DNA of 64,000 nt from Bdellovibrionota bacterium (GTDB lineage: Bacteria; Bdellovibrionota_C; UBA2361; OMII01): positions 17,893 through 81,892 of the forward strand of contig JBIJBE010000013.1 of the NCBI GenBank assembly GCA_044345405.1. Direction: 5' to 3'. Below the pieces are notes generated by a model, which was given only the letters and a program-made list of their open reading frames with translations, made no database searches and had not been told where the DNA came from. A program made the translations under genes and the position numbers. Shown piece after piece: positions 38,078-48,160 of the stretch. Numbering within the stretch: the stretch's first letter is position 1; each line of letters starts with the position of its first letter.

Positions 38078-38665
38078 TCAGGCCGCTCGTTGGACACGCG
38101 CCAACGCGTGCTGCTCTTTGTAACAGGCATAACACGCTGGGAAATATTTCTCCTCGGCACCGAGATCGACCGCGGGACCGGCGAGAGTGGCGACACCATC
38201 GATATGCTTAAGGTTCGTGATCGCTTTACGATTGCAGAACGCGCAGGTCGTTTTGATCTCCTCTATAGAGTCGGCTAACTCGAAGAGTCTGCGAGACCCC
38301 TCAAAAAGTTGAGTGCGGAAATCCGCTCGCAATCCGTAACAGATAACAGGGATATTAAGATCGATTGAGATCTCTCGAAGCTGGTCTATCACCGCGGCGC
38401 TACAAAACTGCGCCTCATCGACGAGAATGCAACTGACGCCCTCGAAGTTTTTGCGATCCATCTGGGTATCCGCAAGGACCCTGATGTCGGCGTTTTGCTC
38501 GATGCCGACTCGTGAGCGAATCACCTCAGCGCCAAAACGATCATCGAGCGCGGGCTTGATGAGCACTACCTGCTTTCCCTGACTACGATAGTTATGGGCC
38601 ACCGCGAGGAGGTTGAGGGTTTTGGCGCTACTTACAGTGCCGTGTCGGAAATAGAGCTTTGCCAC
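38078..38665 (-). CDS. tdk: Thymidine kinase
   Basis: AKLYFRHG...AKT, ILVDEAQF, VICYGLR.DF, LFEGS, CAFC...CYAC zinc site. True start is probably GTG 38665 with GGAG upstream. Confidence 0.93.
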   Translation of the reverse strand: MAKLYFRHGTVSSAKTLNLLAVAHNYRSQGKQVVLIKPALDDRFGAEVIRSRVGIEQNADIRVLADTQMDRKNFEGVSCILVDEAQFCSAAVIDQLREISIDLNIPVICYGLRADFRTQLFEGSRRLFELADSIEEIKTTCAFCNRKAITNLKHIDGVATLAGPAVDLGAEEKYFPACYACYKEQHALARVQRAA

Positions 38666-38785
38666 GCGTGAACTCCGGGAAAATGTCGTCAGGGAGGTAT
38701 AGATTGAAGGGGCGGGGGATTCAATGGTTTTTTGAGATGGGGGGATGGGGATGTCGGGAGGGCGAGGCACAACCCACCATCTTAC

Positions 38786-38832
38786 CACGTGAACGTTCAC
38801 GTTTACGCGCACGAGCACGTTTACGTGTTAAC
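38786..38832. repeat. Degenerate 6-bp tandem repeat (NACGTK-like units)
   Basis: CACGTG AACGTT CACGTT TACGCG CACGAG CACGTT TACGTG TTAAC downstream of nadB. Confidence 0.7.
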
Positions 38833-38888
38833 TCAAATGGAGAGACACTCATCCGCTTTGCCGCGCTTACCTACGTCGGCACAATCCC

Positions 38889-40466
38889 CTACCGACTCAA
38901 AATCGTATCGGTCGTAATCGACTGCGCGTATGGATAATCCAAGGTGTAGTGAAGCCCCCTGCTCTCTTTCCGCGCGAGGGCTGAGCGAATCACCAATTCC
39001 GCGACGAGACTCAAGTTGCGAAGCTCTAAGAGGTCCGACGTTACGGTACACTGCCGGTAGTACTCCTGAATCTCACGTCGCATCAGTTCAATTCTGTGAA
39101 GCGCTCGCTCCAAGCGTTTAGTCGTGCGGACGATTCCGACGTAGTTCCACATCGTGCGACGGATCTCATCCCAGTTTTGAGTAATTACAACTTGTTCGTC
39201 GCTATCAACCGCGCTTCCTGGATCCCATGCCGGGGGTTGAAGGTCACACTTCCGGTCACTCTTGTGCTCAATAGAATGAACCGCGGCTCGATGCCCGAAC
39301 ACGACACCTTCTAAAAGGGAATTGGAGGCAAGTCTATTCGCGCCATGCAATCCGGTACACGCGCACTCACCTGCCACGTAGAGATCTTGAATATCGGTGC
39401 GTCCGAACTCATCGCTCATTACGCCACCACAAAGGTAGTGCGCCGCTGGCACTACCGGGATCGGTTCCTTGGTGATATCGAAACCGAACTGAAGACACTT
39501 CTGATAGATCGTTGGAAAGTGTTCCTTGATAAAATCGGCGGGGCGGTGCGTGATATCGAGAAGCACGTAGTCATCCCCCCGACTCTTCATCTCATAGTCG
39601 ATCGCCCGGGCAACCACATCACGAGGAGCTAGCTCAAGCTGAGGATGGTATTTCTGCATGAACGGCTCACCGTTCATCCGAAGAAGCTTCGCACCCTCCC
39701 CTCGCATCGCCTCCGTAATAAGGAAGCTTTTCGCTTGCGGATGGTAGAGACAAGTCGGATGAAATTGGAAGAACTCCATGTTGGCGACCCGAGCTCCCGC
39801 TCGGTAGCACATCGCGATGCCGTCACCGGTAGCCACATCGGGATTAGAGGTATAGAGGTAGATCTTTCCGGCGCCGCCGGTCGCGACAAGGACCTTGTCC
39901 GCAAGGAACGGCTCGATAACGCCGTCCTCTTTGAGGACGTACGCTCCGATTACCTTGTTGGGTTGATGGAGATCCCGTTTAAGCTTGTGGGTTGTGAGAA
40001 GATCAATCGCGTTGGTCCCGGTGAAACACTTGATGGACGGATGCTCCTTCACCGCGGCGAGCAGGGTATGTTGAATCTCTGAACCGGTGGCGTCCCCCGC
40101 ATGAAAGATCCTACGTCGAGAGTGTCCGCCCTCACGATGCAGATGGAACTCGCCGTGCTCACCCTTATCAAATTTTGCTCCGAGGGCGACGAGTTCGGCG
40201 ACCCGTTCTGGCCCCTCGGTCACCACGATCTCAACGACCTCCCGTTTACACAAACCACCACCACAGACGAGGGTGTCTTGAATGTGGAGGTCGAAGGTGT
40301 CGTCAGGCTCATTAACGGCGGCGATCCCCCCTTGCGCCCATAAGGTCGATGAGAGATTCGGATCCTTCTTGAAGAGCACGGCAACGCTTCCGTGCTCAGC
40401 TACCTTGAGTGCGTAGCTTAAGCCGGCGATGCCGCCACCGATAACGAGGAAATCGAACCGCTCCAT
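38889..40466 (-). CDS. nadB: L-aspartate oxidase
   Basis: GGGIAGL, AQGGIAAV, REGGHS.RRI.H, QFHPT, TEAMRGEG, ELAPRD, HGANRLASNSLLE, ESRGLHY. Confidence 0.96.
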   Translation of the reverse strand: MERFDFLVIGGGIAGLSYALKVAEHGSVAVLFKKDPNLSSTLWAQGGIAAVNEPDDTFDLHIQDTLVCGGGLCKREVVEIVVTEGPERVAELVALGAKFDKGEHGEFHLHREGGHSRRRIFHAGDATGSEIQHTLLAAVKEHPSIKCFTGTNAIDLLTTHKLKRDLHQPNKVIGAYVLKEDGVIEPFLADKVLVATGGAGKIYLYTSNPDVATGDGIAMCYRAGARVANMEFFQFHPTCLYHPQAKSFLITEAMRGEGAKLLRMNGEPFMQKYHPQLELAPRDVVARAIDYEMKSRGDDYVLLDITHRPADFIKEHFPTIYQKCLQFGFDITKEPIPVVPAAHYLCGGVMSDEFGRTDIQDLYVAGECACTGLHGANRLASNSLLEGVVFGHRAAVHSIEHKSDRKCDLQPPAWDPGSAVDSDEQVVITQNWDEIRRTMWNYVGIVRTTKRLERALHRIELMRREIQEYYRQCTVTSDLLELRNLSLVAELVIRSALARKESRGLHYTLDYPYAQSITTDTILSR

Positions 40467-40650
40467 CCCTTTACGATACCCCCCTTACGGCACCGTGTTC
40501 AACTACTGGGGAGATGAGAGATGAGCTTTCTTTCGGTTTCAAACAAAAAGGAGCCAGAATAAACCTTTATTTTGACGGTTTTCGCCCCAGTCAGTACACT
40601 CTCTTTGTTAGCTCACAACCAAGCCACAAAGCCAAAACCGATAACTCGAT

Positions 40651-42687
40651 ATGCCAACATCCCCCCTCCTCAACCGTACTTCCGAGATACCTTTCGACTC
40701 CTTCACAGCGAGCGAGATTCAGCCGAGCATCGATCGTGCTCTCGCCCTCGCAAACTCTGAACTTGAGGCGATTAAATCTATTCAGGGCCCTCGCACCTTC
40801 GAGAACACGATTCGCGCGCTAGACAATCTGGGGCTCACCTTGAATTACGCGATGGGGATCGTCTCTCACTTGGAATCGGTTGCGACCACAGCTGAGTGGA
40901 GAACCGAATACAACGCGGTACTCCCACGCGTAAGTGAGTTCGGATCAAAGCTCCTCCTCGATGAGGGATTATGGAAGGCTCTTAAGGAATACGCGGCGAC
41001 CCCTGAGGCGAGCCAACTTACCGGCGAGCAGAAAAGGTTTCTCGACAAGACGATCGCTGACTTCCGTCGCAGTGGAGCGGACCTCCCCCCCGAAAAAAAA
41101 CAGGAGCTCGCGGCGATCAACACTGAACTAGCGCAGATCACGAACAAGTTCTCGCAGAACGTTCTCGACGCCACCAACGCCTTCGAATACGTAACAACCG
41201 ATGAGAAGGATCTCGCCGGTCTCCCTGAGAGTGCTCGCCAGATGGCTCGCCAGTCAGCTGCCTCAAAGGATCGAGAGGGGTGGCGCTTTACCTTACAGGG
41301 GCCAAGCTTTATGGCGGTGATGACCTACGCCGATTCGCGGGAGCTTCGCGAAAAGGTATACCGCGCGTATAACACCCGGTGCACCTCCGGAGATCTCAAT
41401 AACGTGGATATCCTCCATCGGATCCTTGAACTTCGAGCCGCAAAAGCGAAGCTTCTCGGATTTAAAGACTTCGCCGACCTCGTACTCGAGGACCGCATGG
41501 CGAAGACCGGGGACCGAGCGTTTACGTTCGTAAACGACATGCGAGGGCGGATAACCTCACACTTCCGCAATGACCAAGAGGACCTCACCACCTTCGTCAA
41601 AAACGAGCTCAAGGTAGATCCGAGTGAGATGCAACCGTGGGATGTCGCCTACTACGCGGAGAAGATGCGACTCGCGCACTACGACTTCGACGAGGAGGAG
41701 CTTCGTCCCTACTTCCCGCTTCCCAAAGTCATGCAAGGACTCTTCTCAGTTGTGGAGAAAACCTTCGGTCTTACCGTGCGCGAAAATACGGGATTAAAGG
41801 CGTGGGACAAGCAGGTGACGACCTACTCCGTGTACGACTCGAAGAGCAACGAGCTGCTCGGTCACTTCTACTCCGATCTCTTCCCTCGCGAGAACAAGCG
41901 TGGAGGAGCGTGGATGAACGGGTTCGTTACCCACGTGAAGCACAACGATCCACTCCCTCACGTTGGCTTGATCGCGGGCAACTTCACCCCACCGACTGAT
42001 TCAACTCCGTCACTCCTCACACACGATGAGGTAACGACCCTCTTCCACGAGTTCGGTCACCTTATGCACCAGCTCTGCTCTCGCACTGAGATGCGAGGCT
42101 TAAGCATGGATGGCGTGGCGTGGGATTTCATCGAGCTTCCATCTCAGATACTTGAGAACTGGTGCTGGGAGCGTGAAGCGCTCGATCTCTTCGCGGCGCA
42201 CCACGAGACGGGAGAGAACCTTCCGAACGATCTCTTTGAAAAAATGACGAAGGCGAAAAACTTCCGTAGCGCCTCGCACATGATGCGACAGCTCGGATTC
42301 TCGACGATCGACTTTAAGCTCCACCGTGAGTACTCGAAAGAGAAGGACGGCCCGATCCTCGACTACTGTCGTGAACAGATGAACACCTTCGCGGCGCTTC
42401 CGCTGCCGAAGGACTACGGCATGATCGTTGGCTTCACGCACCTCTTTAGCTCCCCGGTGGGATACGCCTCAGGGTACTACTCGTACCAGTGGGCAGAGGT
42501 ACTCGACGCGGACGCCTTCTCTCGATTCAAGCGAGAAGGATTCATGAATCCGAAAACGGGCGCTGAATTTCGAGATAAGATCTTGAGCCGGGGAGATACT
42601 CAAGATCCCGGAGATCTCTTTAAGAGCTTCATGGGGCGGGAGCCGGACGCTTCGGCGTTGTTAGAGCGGTCGGGATTGCTCGCCTAA
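40651..42687 (+). CDS. prlC: M3A oligopeptidase A
   Basis: TLFHEFGH zincin motif, KRGGAWM, WDFIELPSQILENW, YASGYYSYQWAEVLDAD. Confidence 0.92.
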   Translation: MPTSPLLNRTSEIPFDSFTASEIQPSIDRALALANSELEAIKSIQGPRTFENTIRALDNLGLTLNYAMGIVSHLESVATTAEWRTEYNAVLPRVSEFGSKLLLDEGLWKALKEYAATPEASQLTGEQKRFLDKTIADFRRSGADLPPEKKQELAAINTELAQITNKFSQNVLDATNAFEYVTTDEKDLAGLPESARQMARQSAASKDREGWRFTLQGPSFMAVMTYADSRELREKVYRAYNTRCTSGDLNNVDILHRILELRAAKAKLLGFKDFADLVLEDRMAKTGDRAFTFVNDMRGRITSHFRNDQEDLTTFVKNELKVDPSEMQPWDVAYYAEKMRLAHYDFDEEELRPYFPLPKVMQGLFSVVEKTFGLTVRENTGLKAWDKQVTTYSVYDSKSNELLGHFYSDLFPRENKRGGAWMNGFVTHVKHNDPLPHVGLIAGNFTPPTDSTPSLLTHDEVTTLFHEFGHLMHQLCSRTEMRGLSMDGVAWDFIELPSQILENWCWEREALDLFAAHHETGENLPNDLFEKMTKAKNFRSASHMMRQLGFSTIDFKLHREYSKEKDGPILDYCREQMNTFAALPLPKDYGMIVGFTHLFSSPVGYASGYYSYQWAEVLDADAFSRFKREGFMNPKTGAEFRDKILSRGDTQDPGDLFKSFMGREPDASALLERSGLLA

Positions 42688-42731
42688 TCATCTCATTCGA
42701 AGCTGTCCCGTGATGTGACTCGACATCGACA

Positions 42732-42756
42732 GTAGGGCCCAACGCCAGGCGGGCCG
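42732..42756 (+). repeat. Degenerate GTAG-footed REP-like hairpin
   Basis: GTAG-GGC-CCAAC-GCCA-GGCGG-GCC-G has the same 25-nt frame as the intact copies at 55.7 and 58.3 kb. A possible decayed inverted partner lies at 42804-42828. Confidence 0.5.
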
Positions 42757-43028
42757 TACGGCAACGTGCCTTCACATGCATTCGCATCGGACGACGAACG
42801 ACACGAGCCGCTAGGAGTGGGTCACAACGTTCTACTAGTCAGGTCTTCCGACGTGAGCCAATCCACCCACGCCCTCGTACGCACACAGATTCTCCATAGT
42901 TTCCAACCGCTTAAACGACCGATGTGACGCCTCACAAAACGCTCCGCCGCATGCGTCATCAGCTCCGCCGAGCGCCATAACGATCTTAAGAGGTTAGGAG
43001 TTTCGCTTCTCAGATGCTCTGGAATCAC

Positions 43029-44042
43029 ATGGCGATCAAAAAGCAACACACAGCACCGCGCTTAATCAGACACCTACCCTTGATCACGGTCGCAATCCTT
43101 CTGAGTGGAGTGTATGTCGCGGCTACCGAGCGCTCCGCGACTTCGCCCTTCACCACACCTTCAAAGCTCAACTCATCCACCATACGTTCTCACCAACGCC
43201 AGGTCTCACGAATGCATGCGCGGATTCGCGCGATGAGACCTCACCTCAACGGAAACTCAGGAGAGGGATGCTTCGCGACAACAGAGGGAGAGGCCCGAGG
43301 AAAGTTGATACAATCTTTGCGTGAGGCCGAGCCGGGCCTATGGGATCCCACGACCGACTTCTCAAGCTGGCTTCCCTCCGCGAGCTCCTTTGTGTGTACC
43401 GATGGGTTGCGTCAGGAGGAGGTAGCCGGAATAACGGCTGCCTTGAATGCGCACACTCACGTTAGGCCGCGACTGTCCATCAACGTTGAGGTTGAGAACG
43501 CGCCTGAACCCGACGAAGCGCATTCCATTATCCAGGCTTACCTCGGTCAAGATCGATATCGTGAGCATGTAGCCGCATGTCTCGGAAAAAACCAATCGAA
43601 CAATCGTGAATCTAACGCGAAACTTAATCAGACGATGGCCGAACTCCTCCACCTATCTCGTGAACAAGAAGAGGCGTTAAGACTGTTGCAGGCGAGATTG
43701 ACAACGCTTGCTCCCGGCCCATTCATGCAAGCCCTTGATGAACAGGGTGAGTTGGTCGTCCTCAATGAACAGCCCGAAAGAGATATGGGCGAGGAACTAC
43801 GGGAGCTTCTCTCAATTTCTGAGCGTGGATTTTCTATCCTTAGCGAGGAGCAAGCGCGCGCGTATAGAGAGTTCGCCACCGGGAGCGCGTATAGTGAGGT
43901 GCTGTCTCAATATAAGCTGACACAGGTCTTCCTCCCCATCCCCGAAGAGATCCGCGAGATGATCAAGAGCAACGAAGAACTGATAAGGCTCAATCAGGCG
44001 GAGGAGGAACAACGACAGCAGACTCCAACGATTGGCAACTAA
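43029..44042 (+). CDS. Hypothetical exported or membrane-anchored helical protein
   Basis: Long ORF with a hydrophobic N-terminal segment (LPLITVAILLSGVYVAA); no family recognised. Confidence 0.6.
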   Translation: MAIKKQHTAPRLIRHLPLITVAILLSGVYVAATERSATSPFTTPSKLNSSTIRSHQRQVSRMHARIRAMRPHLNGNSGEGCFATTEGEARGKLIQSLREAEPGLWDPTTDFSSWLPSASSFVCTDGLRQEEVAGITAALNAHTHVRPRLSINVEVENAPEPDEAHSIIQAYLGQDRYREHVAACLGKNQSNNRESNAKLNQTMAELLHLSREQEEALRLLQARLTTLAPGPFMQALDEQGELVVLNEQPERDMGEELRELLSISERGFSILSEEQARAYREFATGSAYSEVLSQYKLTQVFLPIPEEIREMIKSNEELIRLNQAEEEQRQQTPTIGN

Positions 44043-44143
44043 GCCCCGGAATACTCTGAGGCACATCAATGTTTCAGAAAAGCTTCCTACAGGCTTCCTT
44101 TCGGGATGACGGCACCTCCTTAGGAATCCCCTACAGCGCGAGG

Positions 44144-44575
44144 CTATGGGACCCTCTTTCCTCGACCTAGAAATGTAAGGTCGGCTTTAGCGTCGGCCTT
44201 TTCCTTCGACCCACTCAATGTGGTCGTTGTAATTCCCTGAGTACCCCGGTCGGCATACACGAGATACGCTTTCCCTTTCACAAAGAAGTTGCTTCCGAGG
44301 CCGCAGGTAGCATCATCAAGCGATGTCATTACGGTGCGAACGCTCTTGCGAGAACCTTTCCACACCCGGCTCACTTGAAACGTAATCGTTGCGCGGGACC
44401 TCGATTCATCGATCGAGACACTTCGGACGCGACCGAGAAAGATGTGATCGGCATGGCCCTGGAGATACTCCGGATCGGAGGAGTAGTCCGGAAGTGGCAT
44501 GCACGCAACCGCGCTACGAAGCGTTGCACATGAAAGGAGAGCTACCAGATAGATGAAGCCCCTGCGAACGACCAT
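44144..44575 (-). CDS. Secreted TIMP/NTR-fold-like protein
   Basis: Signal peptide ending AVA-C; AD.IF.GRV, F.V.RVWKG, TCG..F..G..YLVYA pattern. Start ATG 44575 with GGAGG upstream. Confidence 0.65.
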   Translation of the reverse strand: MVVRRGFIYLVALLSCATLRSAVACMPLPDYSSDPEYLQGHADHIFLGRVRSVSIDESRSRATITFQVSRVWKGSRKSVRTVMTSLDDATCGLGSNFFVKGKAYLVYADRGTQGITTTTLSGSKEKADAKADLTFLGRGKRVP

Positions 44576-44891
44576 ACGAATCCCCTCCAGAAAAGCGACA
44601 CCACCCGACGGTGCGCATGAATGATGCTCCTTGGAACCGCGACGGTGTAACGCCGCCATTGTCGGCCCCTTCTTCACTTAATTGTACCGAACGGTCGATG
44701 TTCACGTCGATCTATATCTTGGTGACCCTGTAACCTAGTCCCTGCTCAAGCGTTAGGCGGCTTGACAGTTGCAACCGACAGTCATTTTGCTGTCTTAGCC
44801 GAGCTACTTTTTCTCGCGCTAGCCCGAACAGAGGGAAAAGACTCACCCCGGGCCCTGAGAAACGTATCAAAGCTCCTAGGACAGCACATCC

Positions 44892-45527
44892 TCAATCAGC
44901 AAGAATCGCATACCGTTTGTACATTCCGTGTTCATCAAACCAAATCAGGAGCCACTCCGAATCGACCCCAAAAAACGACGCACGCTCGGGCCCGGTAACA
45001 TACAACAGATCGCACCCTACGGATTTGAAATACTGGGTATCGTCCCCCTTCCCTAACATGTACTCAACTTCAGCTCGGCTTTTACCCGGCAGATTTTTGA
45101 CGACATCACCAAGCATCTTTTGTCGGGGAGTGATGAACTGCCCTTGACCGAAATCCGAGCCAGGCTCTGACCAAACCTCACGAGAGAACAGAGCCTCGTA
45201 CGACCCGCGCGGCAACTGATAGGGGAGAATACGATTAAGGGCCAAAAATGCCACCAGCATAGAGAGTCCGGCGATCGCGGTATTCCCCGGGATCCTCGTC
45301 CATGCTCCGATCGGGCGCTTACGCCCTTTCGCGACAAGCAATTCAATCCCACCCCACATCGCAAGCAGGAGGAGCAACGGTACCGTCAGAAGAATGGAGA
45401 GCTGTACCGCACAAACATACCAGGTCGCGTCAAAAGCCGGAAAAACTAGGGCGGGAGTGAATATGAAACCGAAATAAAGAGCGAATGCGATAGTCACGAA
45501 CCACCACGCTTTCGACCATACCCTCAT
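44892..45527 (-). CDS. Membrane protein with a C-terminal BamE/SmpA-like domain
   Basis: Three N-terminal TM segments; GKSRAEVEYMLG...Y..G...DSEWLLIWFDEHG pattern. Confidence 0.55.
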   Translation of the reverse strand: MRVWSKAWWFVTIAFALYFGFIFTPALVFPAFDATWYVCAVQLSILLTVPLLLLLAMWGGIELLVAKGRKRPIGAWTRIPGNTAIAGLSMLVAFLALNRILPYQLPRGSYEALFSREVWSEPGSDFGQGQFITPRQKMLGDVVKNLPGKSRAEVEYMLGKGDDTQYFKSVGCDLLYVTGPERASFFGVDSEWLLIWFDEHGMYKRYAILAD

Positions 45528-45712
45528 GATGATCTCCCACTTTTCAGCCGTAGACGACGGATCGGGCCCTCCCCTGTGGTGGTCCTGACCGTCTTGAGGA
45601 GTACCACACCAAAGAGGTCACCAAAACACTGGAATAGGGTCGTGACGCTCGACGAGGATACGCTACCACCCTGCTAGCAGGAACCCAACGCTTCCGATAT
45701 CGTCGGTATACG

Positions 45713-46765
45713 GTGAAAGCAATGCGCTCATATACTCAAGCAACGGTGTCGACACTACCGAGCAGAATAAACAACTTCCATAAGCGCTTACCTCGAGCCC
45801 TCTGCGCGTTGATCTTAATCGGCTTCGCCGTTTCTTCGGCAGGGTGCGGCGGCAGGGGTCTTCAAACAACGGGCGAGCCTCTCGTCGCAACGCTTTCAAA
45901 CGCGAAACTATGGTCAATCGGAATCGCGCAGGGACCAGATCTTGTCACACTCTCTGAGCGAAGTGTCCCCACGAACCCGGTGCTCTCATGGCGAGACATT
46001 CGTCATCCCGATGTCGCGTTTGTCGCCGATCCATTTCTTATACGGCAAAACTCCACGTGGCACCTCTTCTTTGAGCTCTTCAATACGAAGAGCGGCCGGG
46101 GTGAGCTCGGAGTCGCCTCAAGCGCGGATCTCTCCTCCTGGCGATTCGAAAAGGTTGTGCTCGCGGAGCCATTTCACCTCTCGTACCCATTCGTGTTTGA
46201 GCACGAGGATACCTATTTTATGATCCCCGAATCCCGACAGGCTCACGGCATCCGCCTCTATCGAGCCACCAACTTTCCCTTGAGTTGGACATTTGAACGG
46301 GAGCTTATCTCGGGGGATTACTCAGATCCCTCACCGGTATTCTTTCAAGGACGTTGGTGGATATTCGCGTGCAAATCCCCCTACTCCCTCGCCATCTTTT
46401 ACGCGAATGACCTACGAGGCCCGTGGCATGAACACGCGAAGAGCCCATTCTATGTAGATGATAAAGGTCTCGCTCGACCGGGTGGACGGCCCGTCGTCGT
46501 TAACGACCAGCTCGTACGATTCGTTCAGGATAACCGGGAGGGCTACGGCAAGAAGGTCAGGGCGATGGTTGTTGATACCCTCTCACCAACAGAGTTCGCT
46601 GAGCATCCGGCCGATCGGGACCCGTTCTTCGCTCCTCACGGTGATCATTGGGCGAGGAACGGAATGCATCATATCTCACCCGTTCAACGTGAAGATAAAA
46701 CGTGGGTGGCTGCCATCGATGGAAATGGTGATGGGCTTCCAGAGCTCCCGACGCCTCATCAATAA
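45713..46765 (+). CDS. Beta-propeller glycoside-hydrolase-like lipoprotein (GINT1 N-terminal-like)
   Basis: Lipobox-like SSAGC; FVADPFL, LFFE, HLSYPFVF, MIPES, IRLYRA..FP..W, ARPGG, YG. Start uncertain. Confidence 0.7.
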   Translation: MKAMRSYTQATVSTLPSRINNFHKRLPRALCALILIGFAVSSAGCGGRGLQTTGEPLVATLSNAKLWSIGIAQGPDLVTLSERSVPTNPVLSWRDIRHPDVAFVADPFLIRQNSTWHLFFELFNTKSGRGELGVASSADLSSWRFEKVVLAEPFHLSYPFVFEHEDTYFMIPESRQAHGIRLYRATNFPLSWTFERELISGDYSDPSPVFFQGRWWIFACKSPYSLAIFYANDLRGPWHEHAKSPFYVDDKGLARPGGRPVVVNDQLVRFVQDNREGYGKKVRAMVVDTLSPTEFAEHPADRDPFFAPHGDHWARNGMHHISPVQREDKTWVAAIDGNGDGLPELPTPHQ

Positions 46766-46813
46766 CGCCTCGTCTCATCTCGATCCCACAATTACTACCA
46801 GGAGATCGAGCTG

Positions 46814-47830
46814 TTAAGGTGTGGAGGGAGATAACCCCACCAAACTATTCTGACGAAGACATTGAACGATAAGGTTCGCGAGGACCTCGTCCCCCGCGGG
46901 AGTAAAATGGATACCATCGCTCAGCATATATTCTGTCTCTCTCTGCGGCGCGGGAAGCTCATCAAATCGCGCCGCGAGATCGCACAGGGGCGATCCTGTC
47001 GCCGCAGCGACCTCTCGAACGATGCTCACGTAGTGTTGATGGAGCGGTACAACATCTCGTAGATCGCGAACCCATCGCTGAGCGAGACGCTCAGGCTCCC
47101 GCCCCATCACGAGGGAGGAAGGAGCGGTTATCAAGACAGGGATTATACCCTTATGTCGGGATGTGGTGACGATATCTCGCAAAATAGCTTCGAAGTTTGA
47201 TGCGGGCACCCGAAGACCCTTAGGATCGGAGCGAAAAATCACGTAGGCTCGCTTGAACAGCTCGACTATTTTAAGATGGAACGGCAAAAACGGTAACGGA
47301 GCGCTAACCCATGCGATGTCTTGATCGCTCGCCCCAAAGTGCCTCCAGTGATCGTTCCACCCGAAAAAAACGGTGACCACGTTGGGGTGAAGAGGAGCGA
47401 TATCGCGCTCAAGCTGTCGCAATCCTTGCGCTGAACTCCAGCCACCAACACCAACCGAGAGCCCCTGAAGAGCTCCGTTTCCTGTTTGACTCCGGATCTT
47501 TTCAACCACTCGCGCTGGATAGGTACCGAACTGAGTACACGAGTCGCCGAGAAATACGATCTCCGGAGGGACTCGCTGAGCATCGGCAAGCGAGGCCTTG
47601 TATGTTTTGGGCACCCAAAAGAGATCCGGGTCGCGAACGTATTCGTCCCGCAACGTCTGAGGATCCGGCCAGCCAAACTGAACCTCCTCAAGAAAAGGCT
47701 GCGCGGGAATACCGGAGAGCCGCAAGACGAGCTCGCTCAACACAACTGAGAAAAACACACCTGCTAAGGCGAGGATGACACCTGGGTTGACACCTGGGTA
47801 CAGGCCTCTCTTCGCTCTTTCTCGAGCCAT
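46814..47830 (-). CDS. Membrane-anchored SGNH/GDSL hydrolase
   Basis: N-terminal TM ending E..LR; FLGDS, GVGGWSS, FGWND, DGIH. Confidence 0.88.
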   Translation of the reverse strand: MARERAKRGLYPGVNPGVILALAGVFFSVVLSELVLRLSGIPAQPFLEEVQFGWPDPQTLRDEYVRDPDLFWVPKTYKASLADAQRVPPEIVFLGDSCTQFGTYPARVVEKIRSQTGNGALQGLSVGVGGWSSAQGLRQLERDIAPLHPNVVTVFFGWNDHWRHFGASDQDIAWVSAPLPFLPFHLKIVELFKRAYVIFRSDPKGLRVPASNFEAILRDIVTTSRHKGIIPVLITAPSSLVMGREPERLAQRWVRDLRDVVPLHQHYVSIVREVAAATGSPLCDLAARFDELPAPQRETEYMLSDGIHFTPAGDEVLANLIVQCLRQNSLVGLSPSTP

Positions 47831-48160
47831 CACAACCGCCTAGTTCCTGTTAAGAAATCGAACGAAGCCATCATCATCAATAGCGAAGCTAAGCACCACT
47901 CCCTATCGGATAGGGTCCCGTCCGATTCCCATCATATGACACCCCTTGCCCTTTACCTTTTTGTCTAACGTCTCAGCTTGTTAGACGGAGCAGACGAGCT
48001 AAGGCGTCCGTAGAGCCCCCATAGAAGAGAGCTTGGAGACAGAGCATTTGGGGGATACAATAAAAGAGCCGCCGTTCATTAAGGCGCTCGCGCTGCGTGA
48101 CGACGTCTACCGGGGCAGGGGATCGTGTACGGTCCTCGTCGAAGTTTGGGGAGCACAGCC

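Noticed and set aside
38666-38818. 51-aa N-terminal extension of tdk in the ORF track
   Set aside because: It is translated intergenic repeat (VNVNVHV); GTG 38665 has an RBS and matches the family start.
42822-43049. 75-aa minus-strand ORF downstream of prlC, considered as a RAYT remnant
   Set aside because: No HUH or catalytic Tyr motifs, and it overlaps the start of the next gene.
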